NCBI GenBank assembly: GCA_037379345.1
Contig: CM074518.1
Span: 44,791,586-44,855,585 of the forward strand
Length of the DNA stretch: 64,000 nucleotides
Direction: 5' to 3'
Origin: Perna viridis
Lineage: Eukaryota
Below the pieces are notes generated by a model that worked only from the letters and a program-made list of their open reading frames with translations, was not told where the DNA came from and did no database searches. This document shows, in pieces, positions 51,645-64,000 of the stretch. The first letter of the stretch is position 1; each line of letters starts with the position of its first letter. The position numbers and the translations under genes are program-made.

Positions 51645-52548
51645 ATGTCTTCCTGCCAAGGTAGTACCCATGAACATTGCTGAGAGACTGGTCTTCCTGC
51701 CAAGGTAGTACTGGTAAACATTGCAGAGAAACAGGTCTTCCTGCCAAGGTAGTATTGGTAAACATTGCTGAGATACCTGTCTTCCTGTAAAGGTAGTACT
51801 CATAAGCATTGCAGAGAGACCAGTCTTCCTGGCAAGGCAGTACCGATAAATATTGCAGAGTGACCTGCCATCCAGCGAAGGTAGCACCCATAAACATTGC
51901 TGAGATACCTGTCTTCCTGTAAAGGTAGTACTCATAAGCATTGCTGAGAGACCTGTCTTCCTGCCAAGGTAGTACTGGTAAACATTGCAGAGAGACAGGT
52001 CTTCCTGCCAAGGTAGTATTGGTAAACATTGCTGAGATACCTGTCTTCCTGTAAAGGTAGTACTCATAAGCATTGCAGAGAGACCAGTCTTCCTGGCAAG
52101 GCAGTACCGATAAATATTGCAGAGTGACCTGCCATCCAGCGAAGGTAGTACCGGTAAACATTGCTGAGATACCTGTCTTCCTGTAAAGGTAGTACTCATA
52201 AGCATTGCTGAGAGACCTGTCTTCCTGCCAAGGTAGTACTGGTAAACATTGCAGAGAGACCTGTCTTCCTGTGAAGGTAGTACCCATAAGCATTACTGAG
52301 AGACCTGTCTTGCTGTCTAGGTAGTACTGGTAAACATTGTAGAGAGACCTGTCTTCCTAACAAGGTAGTACCGGTAAACATTGCAGAGAGACCAGTCTTC
52401 CTGTGAAGGTAGTACCCGTAAGCATTGCTGAGAGACTGGTCTTCCTGCCAAAGTAGTACAGGTAAACATTGTAGAGAGACCAGTCTTCCTGTCAAGGTTA
52501 AGTAACTGTATATCAAAGTCAAAACATTGCCGAGAGACCTGTCTTCAT
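51645..52548. repeat. Minisatellite, 44-bp unit x~20, with a 264-bp (6-unit) higher-order repeat
   Basis: gtcttcctgccaaggtagtactggtaaacattgcagagagacct. The diagnostic variant gagtgacctgccatccagcgaagg recurs 264 bp apart (~51858, ~52122). Confidence 0.95.
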
Positions 52549-53739
52549 GATCATAATATACACACAATAATAAGTATGAAAACTTGCTGAGACAGAAAAC
52601 AAAAAAACATTTCCTGGGGTTGATCCAGGGTGATGCAAATAAAATTAAGCAATATTTATGAAAGGAAGAATTTATGAAAAATAAATATTTCATGCATTTC
52701 AGTTTTTTCTCAATTTTAGAGGGGGTTGACATTGCTTTCCTTGAATCAGTACCTTATTTCTTGTATCTTTCAGCAATAGAGTCACACACTTCTTTTAATA
52801 ATTAACAATAATGCACTTTTTCTTTCTTTACCAGAAATTTTAATTCCTTCAGTGCCTTTGCAGATTATATTTGAGCAGAGCAATACAAAAAAATACTTTA
52901 ATGCACAATTTGACAGATTAAAGTTTCCCTAGATGCAGTAAATTGTTTGTTTTTCACAATAAATCTAATTCTCCATAGAACAGAAGGTGTTACCCCAGAT
53001 GTGTGTGGTGTCAGCCTGAATAGTCTTTCATTTTCCCCAGCTGTTCATATTTTTTCATATAGTTTTTCTACTTGCAATCAGGAAATCCATTTGTTACTAG
53101 ATTTATAGCCAATATCAAGTTTGATTTTCCCATAATAAATTATACGATACTTTAATGTAGTTGGAGAATTATCATATGCATTCCTTCATTCTCCTTCAAC
53201 AACAAAACATTAAAAATACTAGTACAAGTAAAAGACAATATACCAGGGGAGTCAATGAATAAACCAAGGTTAGTTTGTAATATCTAAAAATAAATGTCAA
53301 GGTCAAGCAAAAAACCCCTAAAAAAACTGGAATAGGGTTTGTGGTTTGTAAGTTTCATTTTAGTTTTAGTTTCTGTTCCAGAATTTCCAATGCAGAACAT
53401 ATTGAAATCCAAGGACCGATCTGCATTTTATTGTTTACTTCTGGGAAATTGAAACGCTGCATCATAATGCAAAATCTTATATCTTATGCTTTTCTTAACA
53501 TTTTTATCCTTTAGAACTAGATATTTGTCACTTTATATCATTATTTTTTACACAAAAAGATACTTTGCTTTTGATATTGAACCCAATGATATGTTAATGA
53601 CAAATCTCTATGCATCTGAATGGTAGATGAGGACCCATTCTAATGAAACCAGGGAGTCACATGATGAGACTTACATACCCTATTACAAATTAGACCTCTT
53701 TTGTAACCCTGATAATGAAGCAATGAAACTAGCAAACAA

Positions 53740-54260
53740 TGAATCCAGTTAGATCTTTACAAACAAGCAACCAACACAGACCTTTACAAAAAAGCAACGA
53801 ACACAGTCAGACCTTTACAAACAAGCAACGAACCCAGTTAGACCTTTATAAACAAGCAATCAACACAGTTAGACCTTTACAAACAAGCAAGAAACACAGT
53901 TAGACCTTTACAAACAAGCAACGAACCCAGTTAGACCTTTATAAACAAGCAATCAACACAGTTAGACCTTTACAAACAAGCAAGAAACACAGTCAGACCT
54001 TTACAAACAAGCAACGAACCCAGTTAGACCTTTATAAACAAGCAATCAACACAGTTAGACCTTTACAAACAAGCAAGAAACACAGTTAGACCTTTACAAA
54101 CAAGTAATGAACCCAGTTAGACCTTTACAAACAAGCAACCAACACAGTTAGACCTTTACAAACAAGCAACCAACACAGTAAGACCTTTACAAACAAGCAA
54201 GAAACACAGTTAGACCTTTACAAACAAGCAATGAACCCAGTTAGACCTTTACAAACAAAG
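53740..54260. repeat. Minisatellite, 31-bp unit x~16, with a 93-bp trimer
   Basis: cagttagacctttacaaacaagcaacgaacc. The tttataaac variant recurs every 93 bp (53845, 53938, 54031). Confidence 0.94.
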
Positions 54261-55587
54261 AACTGCAAAGGTCTACAAGCTGCAAATATAATATGTGATT
54301 AAATGATTCATAGTAAATCCCTTCAAATAAAACATGTAATTGCTTAAAACTTGTTAATTTATATAATCCAATATCGATAGAAAAGCACGTAGTAACTAGG
54401 CAGGAGAGAAAATTCTGCTATCTGAGTGCATAGTGACTGTTGACAGTCAATGTTGGAATTCCACAATATGAATTAATGTATTTATTCTGACCCCAGGATC
54501 CAAGTTTCAGTTTTAGTTGAACAGTTTGTAACATGCAGACATTAGTATTACTATGGGTAGAAAATCCTCCCTTTTTAATGAGATTTCCATGTTTTATTCA
54601 TTAATTCCAACATTTGTAGTGAAAGTACATCCTTCGCTTCAGCAAATTTGCTTCTGTTCCTACACTAATGAATTTATTTACATTTACCTGAAGAGTAAGT
54701 TAAGCGTTGCACTGCAATGAACTTTAACAAATTGGAAATTAATTTTTTTTAAACACTTATATTGCTAACTGAAATAATTATGATAAGTCAATTTAGTTAA
54801 ATAATATTTTACAGTTTAAAATACAAAATGAAAGTATCAATAGTTATCTCTCATTCAAAATGGTGGACATTTCATTTCAAATCTGTTAAATGGGTAAAGG
54901 AAAAATATGAAAGGGGAGTTAACCCACTTGTTTGTAACTTCTGTCATTTTAATCAATAACAATAATACATCCATGCACTTCATCTAGATAAGCATAAAAC
55001 ACAACTTATAAATATTTTTTCTTACAAGGGAGATAATCAATATATTTTCACATTGAGATAACTAAAACTTTCTGAAGCTAGACAAAAAATGCCAATATTT
55101 CAATAAAAACATCAGATAATCCCTGACACATATAATATTCTGTTATTTTTATCCATAAAATCAAAATCATTAAGAATTCATATTTGACAACTTGAGAAAT
55201 ATTCAATAGATGTTGATTTCACAGACTGTCAAGCAGAATATTGTGGCATCATCAGAACAGGTGTAGGTGTTCCAATAAAAGAGAAGCCGATAATATGCAG
55301 GTTTCTTGATTTATAAAAAAAATGATGATAAGAGAGTTTTTATTTGTTAAACAGTTAATCCTTTCCTACTGCGCTTTCTTTTCAAACTGACAGAAGAAAC
55401 TTTTCGGTTAAGTCATTTCTGATGTAATTTTGACAGAAATTTGCTGCTCTCTTACAAAGCATCTCCAAATGTTATTTTTCCTAAAATTTTTCCTGAACAA
55501 TCTTACCACTTGTAATAAAAAAATTTAGAATAATCAATTTTTTTTTTTTTTTTTTTATGGAACTTGGCCTTTATTTTCTAACTCAAC

Positions 55588-56070
55588 CTTTCATCTTTGG
55601 CAACATCCCTTCTGCACCTGAAAACCTGGAGTTTTTATATCACATTGCATACGTTATGCCACAGTTTGCCGTAACTAAGCAGACTTTTTGTATCACACTA
55701 GACTTCTTACAATTAGGCTTCTGGAACAGGGTTATAGAAGTTCTATGGTTGTCACCATGAACTCGTGGATTGTTACAGTTTCAATCTCTACCATGAAAAC
55801 TGATTTGTTCAATGTGTCATAGTTTCCCTTTCCTCTTTTGTCTACCCTGGACTTGACTTTTTTATGAGCAACTCAACAGTTGTTTCTAGAAAAGCAGAGG
55901 ATGCTTTCCCCTTCCGGTGCACCTGGTCCATGCTCCCAGTTTTTAGGAGTCCAAGTTGCTCATCATTTTAGTTACTTTTTGTTGTGTTGTCTTTTTTTCC
56001 ATGTCTGGTCTTTGTCCCTGGATTACATTCTTTTGATTTCCGCTATAATCTTGGGTCCCTTGATTACTTT
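55588..56070 (+). mobile_element. RT C-terminus + 3' UTR fragment of the same Penelope-like family
   Basis: FIFGNIPSAP... and the 3' UTR align with 6128-6672. Confidence 0.85.
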
Positions 56071-56507
56071 TGCAAAAAAAAAGTTTTTTATTTCACTACT
56101 CGATTTTCCTACAAGAGTTTTGGTTTGATAAATTTTGTTTGTCATTTAGTTACAGGCAGAAAATAGCTATCATAGCGAGAGTGCTACTCTGTGTTGTCCT
56201 TTTCATCAGAATTTTGGAACTTTAAATAAAGATAATAAATAGGCTAGTATTGTACATGTCATACAAGTATGCTGATTTACAATTTAAACTTTTCAAGATA
56301 GAAGTAATGTTTTAGCAGAAATTTGATCCTGAAAAAAATTGTTCAAAATTCAAAAAAAATATCCTTCAAAAACCTTTTATCTTTTTTTACAAAGAAATTT
56401 GACCTAATGAAAAAAAGATCACTCAAGATATTTTTATTCGAGTTTTTGCCAAAAATATGAGGTATTAAATGAAACATTTTGATGACAGCTTTTTCACTTT
56501 GGAGCAA

Positions 56508-56715
56508 GTGCCAGATTTTACAATTAAACACTTGATATTTTGATGAGGTCTACCTTAAATATAACTTCAGAAAACTAGTTTTTTTGTAAACAATGCCAGA
56601 TTTTACAATTAAACACTTGATATTTCGATGAGGTCTACCCAAATATAATTTCAGATAACTAGTTTTTTGTAAACGTTGCAAGTTATTACGATTACACACT
56701 TGATATTTTGACGAA
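56508..56715. repeat. Tandem repeat, ~86 bp x2.5
   Basis: gccagattttacaattaaacacttgatatttygatgaggtctacc repeated. Confidence 0.8.
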
Positions 56716-57589
56716 AATTTACCAAACTGGCATTAAAATGTGCAGCATACTTTGTAATCTGCACTGGATAATGAACTAAAAGTAATTCTACAGAAAATGT
56801 TCTTGATAACTGAGTTAACTGTGAACTTCAGAATGAAATGTAAATATTATGATTTCCTTTATTATCTCTGACCTTGGAAGAAACATCAAGGTCTTTCATT
56901 TTCCCAAAAAATTGCATTATTTATGGGTATATAAAACCATAAAGATTATGATGCTTACAATATCTATATTTATGTAAACAGTATTATAATGTTCCCCTTA
57001 AATCTGTATGGACAGCAATCTGCAGATAAACTTGTTTATAAGCCAAGATTGACACCAGTTGTGATTTTACAACCAACCTTCCATTAACATGCTTGTTTAG
57101 TTATATACAGCTACAAAATGTTTCCATGTTATAACCAATAATTTCATGGTTTAAATACTATCACCTTCATCAATCAAAAGTTAAACCATGTCCAAGTTCT
57201 CCCAACTCAGGTAGTTAACTACCGGTAGTTTTTCAATAGCATATGACTGGTGGCCAGCTAGTGGAACCCTTGGACAATCCTGCTCTGTAATTATCCACAC
57301 TCAAACATGGTTATTATCACATGAAAGGTGTTATTTTATGTCCAAAATTAGTTTTTCCTGTGGAGTCCACCTTCTGTTCAAACTTAATGTTCAAGTTATC
57401 AAGTTTTAAAAAGAAGTTGAAGATAAATCAAATTCAAATTGGAATGGGACTTTTAATGAGAACAAAAACTGGGCCCCATAAACAAACATGTTGAAAATGG
57501 CTCTCCATTAATATTATTTCTGTAAATGTTTCATTTCTACCAATACCAAAATTAGTGTTTAGATAACCACAGATGCTAAAATCCAGATA

Positions 57590-58025
57590 TCATCTGAATA
57601 ACAGTGAATACTTACCTGCCAGTGCATCTGGTCCACATAACATCGGATACTTGTCCTGTCAGTACATCTGGTCCACACCCCAATGGATACTTACTTACCA
57701 GCGCATCTGGTCTGTACCCCAGTGGATACTTGCCCTATCAGTATATCTGGTCCATACCCTAGTGGATACCTACCCTACCAGTGCGTCTGGTCCACACCCC
57801 AGTGGATACTTGTCCTGTCAGCACATCTGGTCTGCATCCCAGTGGATACTTGCCCTATCAGTATATCTGGTCCATACCCTAGTGGATACTTACCCTACCA
57901 ATGTATCTGGTCCACGCCCCAGTGGATACTTACCCAACCAGTGCATCTGGTCCACACCCCAGTGGAAACTTGTCCTGTCAGTACATCTGGTCCACACCCC
58001 AATGGATACTTATCTTACCATCTGA
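57590..58025. repeat. Minisatellite, 40-bp unit x~10, with a 120-bp trimer
   Basis: catctggtccacaccccagtggatacttgtcctgtcagta. The tgccctatcagtatatctgg variant occurs at 57731 and 57851. Confidence 0.93.
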
Positions 58026-61000
58026 TCATCACTCACAGTTCTTAGAGAAGACCAAGATGTACATATCATTCTACATTTTTTTTTTCAATTGTGATATGTT
58101 TTCTCTCTTTCTATGTTTAATTTTGACCGTTGACCTTTCTATCCTTAGTTACCATGTTCTGTCATATTTCTTTAATACAATCTCTAGAGAGTTGTGCTAA
58201 AGTACATACTTCATTTTTAAAATGTTCCCTTACTATCTTCACAAAAAACGCCATCATAGCTAAAACACACTCTGAATTTTATCTTTGACTTCATGATTCA
58301 TGCATGATCCACTTATTCTATCAAATTTTGCATATTTCATCACAAAAAGAGGAAATCCAAGATGATGAAATAAACTGAGTATATATCGAACATATAATGC
58401 CATATAACAATTTATATGTCAGGGTCTAAAATCAGAAACATAGAGGTACACACACAACTAAGAACAATGAACTGCTTTAAAACAATCATCCCTAATCAAT
58501 AGATTCTCTACTTTAAATTTTCTTCATCTAATGACAAAATAAAGCATTAAGTAGGATTATAGCTGCTGTAGTGAGCCTGACTACCGACAATTTAGTCCTT
58601 TGACAATGTTCAGTTAAAACATTCCGAGTTTGATGTCACATGTTATAATTGTTACTATACATGCTACCAATAGCGACATATCAGATTGTTCAAGCAAAAT
58701 AAATACTATCTAGCCTTTCTTGGATTTCAAGCTCATCTCCTGAATGTTGTTGTTCAGATTTGATGGTAATTTCATTACAATTTTGGGTGATTATATTTTT
58801 ACGACACTTGTCATGTCATGTGCGAATTTTAACTTCATTATAAAAGCAGTTCGTTTAGTTTCAGAAACATTAATTTGAACATAGTGTGACATCGATGAAT
58901 TTCCAAAGATCTAATTATTCGGCAACTTCAACTACAAAAGAACAATTTCAACATTTTTCACTTTTTTTAAAATCACTGAAATTACCTATGAATAGTACAT
59001 TGATTTCATCAAACTGTAATTTTTTTCCAAATGAGATAATTTCCCCTGTTACCAGTCTATTTAAGGACCATATAATCCAAAGTTTGTTTTAAGTAACAAT
59101 TTTTTGGATGTATTCTGAAAGATTTAAATCAGCTTATGTCTTTACTTCAGAATAAGTTTCACGTCAATTTACATCTTATTCTGGTCAATTTTTGTCCACA
59201 TTTAAACCTTCTTGGACAGTTCCATAAGATCATTTCAGTGAAATACATTAACATTTGACTAAATGAAAATTACCTCTTCCCCTTAACACCATTTAATAAT
59301 AAAAACCCATTGGAGAAATTGTCACCCAATGGCCATAGCTGTCCTTTTTTAATGATATTAGTCCCTGGTGCCCTTATGACACATTCCAAGACCATTAACT
59401 GAAACATGTTTTTATTCCTTGGAATACCAGGGGTGCCATTAAGAGTAAAAAGTGACATTTTTCAATCAGCCGTGTTATTTTCCTATTAATTTGTCTGTAA
59501 AATTCCAACACTTTTGCAATCAAAGACATAAAAATTGTGATCTTGGTAATAACATGTTTTGGTGTGGAACAATGTTGGCTGTCTCAATTTTTATTCAGCA
59601 ATATATTTTTAAGTGATTTTTTCTTCTATCACTGTGAAAACAGCTGGTCTTTAAACTAAAGCCTAGACTCAGACAAAATTATTGGGACATATTTCATAGA
59701 AAATTTAGAAATAATTGCAAAATGAATAGGAAAGAGAAACTTCTAGCTCAATGTGAGAATTTATTTGCCCATATATATAAATTGGAATATAAAGTTTCCT
59801 CATATCAATGTCATTAGGGTGATTAATGACGCCACTTAATACGTCCATCGTAAATTGAGAAAAAAAACTGTACACACAGTCTGGGAACACAAAATTGAAA
59901 AATTGCAAAGAAAAGCATGGTTTAACTTAATAGATACAAAGATCAATTGAGAATTATCACTGTAAGGCCTTGCAGATAAATTGTAACTTCCAATGCTGAA
60001 TCATGTCAACTCTCTAAAATTCTTTCAACAATAAAAATGATATTGACTTGAGTGGGAGTAAAGTCTGCCCGGTAAAGTTAAAAATAATCCAAATATCTAA
60101 ATGAAACAAACCATGGGCAACATAACACATAAACATATGGCTTAGGAGAAAACATAATACTACCATTATCATGGTACATCTGAAGGGCAACTTGGCCCAG
60201 CATCCATTTTTGTACATTTTTTGAATTGTTATAATTTTTAAGTCTGAAATAAAAAATACCAACAGTTCAATAATGTGAAGAATCAAATTTGTTATTTAAC
60301 TCAATTGAATATGTCATGCATATTTTTTCAAATTTTTCTTAAGGAAAACTTTTGGCCCCCTGATATGTCTCTGGATCCACTACTGACTATTAAAACCATC
60401 TACAACCTTATACAGGAAACAAGCAGCCAGATTCTAATCAGAGCCAAACAAATTCAAAAATAGGAATGCGTCCTGCAACTCATAGAGTATCAACCTAGAA
60501 TCCCTTATATATTATAGTGCATCGTGCATCTCAATATCTGTTAAATATCATTCCATCATTCCTTACCAATGACAATATGAACAGAACATTCCTGCATTTG
60601 GGGAAGCCAATTGTTCTGATGTCTGTATTGAATAAAATCAAAGCAGACAAAGAGGAAAATTAAATTATCTCCCCTTTCTTCAAAGCAATTACTCCTTTTC
60701 AAGTCATTACATGGAAGAAATTTTCAAATCAAACCAGAGTCTTACTTATCAATTAGGAATGCATTGTCTGTAAATGAGAATTGTCCACCTTTGTAAGCAG
60801 ATGAATATCATGGAAATGGAAAAAATGTCATTAATTAGGGCAGCAATATTCATACTCTCACACTGCCAAATATGTAGGGATAATTCTTATAACATCAAAC
60901 AGTCAAGGTGTTAAATGTTTCTTTTTTCCACTATGAATTGTAATGTAACCAACTGCGATTACCATTTTGTGTGAAAAATGTATGGATGAAATAATGGCCC

Positions 61001-62224
61001 AGTCTAAGAGATGATCACACAGAAAATACACTGTCAAACTTGATTTGTGGCAATATGGCTATTTATTGGAAGAGTGCGGAATGTCCATTAGTTTCCATCA
61101 GAAATCTCATCAGAGAATCATCGTGCCCTTTTGAAACATTTATGTATACAAAGCCAGAGTGATCTATGGGTAATGAATTTCATTTTCGACTTCCTATTGA
61201 AACTATTGCGACGCTATTTGCATCAGAATGGGAAAGGTGTCAAAATCTCCGTAAAAAATGTGACTCATAGACAGTACCCATAATGAAGGGTTTTATATAT
61301 CTCTAATTTGTACAGATCTAGCATGAAAAGTCTTGTATTGGCTCATAGTGACGCAAAAAATATCAAGCTAATGAATAAAACATTTAACTGACTACATGAA
61401 GTATAATTCTTATGATTACTTTAGTCACATGGTTAGATCCCAATAATGCTACCAGATCACTACATCATCTAAACGGATTCCTAAAAAAATTGATCCTAAT
61501 ACCACAAAAGAACTCTAAGGTGACAAATTTGTATGTATATAAACCATGTAATACATTAAGACTCCTGTTTCTATATTTAACATGCTGGAAAACAACAATG
61601 TAATTCCAAGAATTCATATCACAGGAAAAGTTCCTACATATAAGTTCATTGACCAAGGGATTTGTAATAAAACACAGTAACAAAGGAAAACCAGAAAAAA
61701 ACTGATAGTTATGATGGTACAATATTTAGACAAACATCTCAGTGGAAGGCAATAATGAGACACACATTTACAGATTAACCAATCTATTCAGTAAAAGTTA
61801 TACATAAAATAAGACTGTCATAAAGGTCATCATTTTTCTGACTATATTATTACATTTTAGTTTTTTAATATTGCCTATATTTTCCCCCAGCATCAAATCA
61901 ACCAGTAATTAAAAAACAGCCATCACAAAACTCCAGTAAAATATCCCTGCCAAGAATCATCAATTATAGTCATAGGTATTAGTTCATTCCTATTTTTTTC
62001 AAATGAAATATGCCCTCTCATTAGGAAAACCAGATGTCTAAAATTAATCAAAGTAAATTCCTGATTAACAGAGTAAAACATGTGAATATAAGCATCTTGT
62101 AAATGTCTAAGCTGTAAATGCTGAAAAATTACACAATATTTTCTCACAATCACTTTTTACATACAAGACATTGATTTTATAATAAGTTCATGTTCATTCA
62201 TATTAATATCAAAGTTGTTGTAGA

Positions 62225-63105
62225 GACTTTTTATCAAAACATGTGTCTCACACCTTCTATTAAAACATGTGAATCAGACCTAATAAAACATGTGTATTTA
62301 ATGAAACCTATACACCAGGCCTTCTAATGAAACATCTGTTTTACTCCTTATATTACACATGAGTATCAGACTCTAATGAAACCTGTATATTGGGCCTTCT
62401 AATGAAACATCTGTACAAGGCCTTCTATTACACGTGTATCAGTCCTTCTATCAAATAATGTGTATCAGGCATTCTAATGAAACCTGTTTATTGGTAATCT
62501 GTAATTTTTCTCTTTGATCTTGTTGACAGATATCTTTTATCTTCCATACATGACAAGATATTTGAAAATATCCATCAAAATATTGGGAGTGATTGCGACA
62601 TCTTTAGGAATTTTGAATGAAAATGACATCAAGCACTAACAGTTTGTAGTAGCACTACTGGATTTTTTGCTAATAGTAATTAAAATAATAAAAAATGTAA
62701 TTATTGGATTACTAATAAACGGAATAATGATTACTTTTGATTCTGATACCGACAGTTTCATGTGGGACATCTCTACTTGCTCTATACTGCTTGTCAAGAT
62801 ATTCCACATATACATGTTACATGTACTACTGTACCCATGAAACGTGTATTAGGACTACTAAGGAAACATGTATTCTATCCAGCCTTCTTAAAGAACATGT
62901 GAATTAGGCCTACTAATGGAACATGTGTATCAGGCTTACTACAGAAACATATGTTCCATCCAGCCTTCTAAAAGAACATGTGTATCAGGCTTACTACAGA
63001 AACATATGTTCCATCCAGCCTTCTAAAAGAACATGTGTATCAGGCCTACTAATGAAACAGTTGTTCCATCAAGCCTTAAAATGAACATCTGAATCAGGCC
63101 CTTTA
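62225..63105. repeat. Two degenerate arrays (62225-62490, 62835-63105) of a ~26-30-bp unit
   Basis: ggccttctaatgaaacatgtgtatca variants on both sides of a unique spacer. Confidence 0.75.
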
Positions 63106-64000
63106 ATAAAAAAGAAAAACAATGAGTGTTAGGCCTTAAAATTAAGTTTGAACTAAATTTTTGTAAGGCTCATGAGAGATGAAATTTCATATGAATTACA
63201 ATTTCTTTTTTTTTTCCCCTATATATGCTGCCAACATGAGATTCAAGATTCATTTGGTAACAAAATTTTGTTAAAAAGTAAACATGTCAATTTTCAATAT
63301 TGCCTATAAACCGAACACTCTGTCTGTTTAAAGGGATAGTGCTGCAATTTGACAAACCAGATCAATTTGTTTCTGAGATTAAGACATTCGTCAGTATGTA
63401 TCAGCAGCATCAAACGAGTCTTCCATGATCAATACAACTAAATCATTTCTAGACATTTCATACTCCAGTCCAATTTTTGAAAACCTGACGTTATCTAAGA
63501 CGGGCCGTCAGTTTTTCAGAGACACTTAGTTGATGTAACTCATAAGATAAAGGAATTTGTCATTCTCGTAATTCTATCATTTTTTGAGGGATCCTTATCT
63601 ATCGACTCATTAGACTCAGGGAAATTATTTCACATTTCCCCCTTGAGTCCACATAGACAGAGATAACTTCCGTGTAAATCCTATCGTTATGTCACGCTAA
63701 TGTATTTCAATGCAACCCATACTGACAGAGGAATACTATATAAGTAAAAATAAATTTGTTTTAGAATGGAATTTATTCCCACTTTGGTACTTTAAGAATT
63801 TCTATCCTTCTACGTTACAATTTATAGCTTTAGATCCATGTTTTAAATCGAAAATTTTCTATAATTCCTTTTCATAGGTTTCAAGTTGCAAGTCAAATTG
63901 TGAAACCATAGAGAAACAAGAGCATCTGAAAAAAACATATGTGGAAAAACAGGACTATTTTGAACTAAGTATAGGATAATTGCAAAATAAAAGCTGCAGG

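Noticed and set aside
51477-52732. ORFs of 178-242 aa
   Set aside because: They are translations of the 44-bp minisatellite. The same applies to ORFs at 57573-58200 and 23888-24091.
53675-53708. Possible 34-nt minus-strand exon (ttatcag|...|gtaagt)
   Set aside because: It has good splice signals but no coding similarity or partner exons. Such matches are expected by chance in 20 kb.
2887-56070. All four Penelope-like fragments on the plus strand
   Set aside because: Four of four in one orientation has a 1-in-8 chance probability, which is not significant.

Overview
AT-rich, CpG-poor animal genomic DNA, probably from a bivalve such as Mytilus (inferred from the repeat families, not proven). 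The main host gene is missed by the ORF track. It is a spliced minus-strand ephrin with 6 coding exons (41612->11949, 891 nt, 296 aa). It has a signal peptide, a four-cysteine ephrin receptor-binding domain, a Thr-rich mucin-like stalk and a GPI-type C-terminus, and intron 1 is 23.4 kb. A candidate 18-nt frame-preserving microexon (14887-14904) would add a Cys-Ser-Cys motif next to an extra Cys-Cys. The first 4.8 kb is a decayed Ty3/Gypsy LTR retrotransposon with the Gmr1-type PR-IN-RT-RH order. Its gag is split by two nested insertions, each with a 5-bp TSD: a solo LTR and a Penelope-like 3' fragment. Other elements are four 3' fragments of one Naiad-type Penelope-like element with a conserved multi-stem 3' UTR fold, a decayed 344-bp tandem with two minimal hammerhead-like motifs (retrozyme-like), and several MITEs. 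There are also about 15 minisatellites, several with higher-order periodicity. No coding exon was recognisable in 41.9-64 kb.
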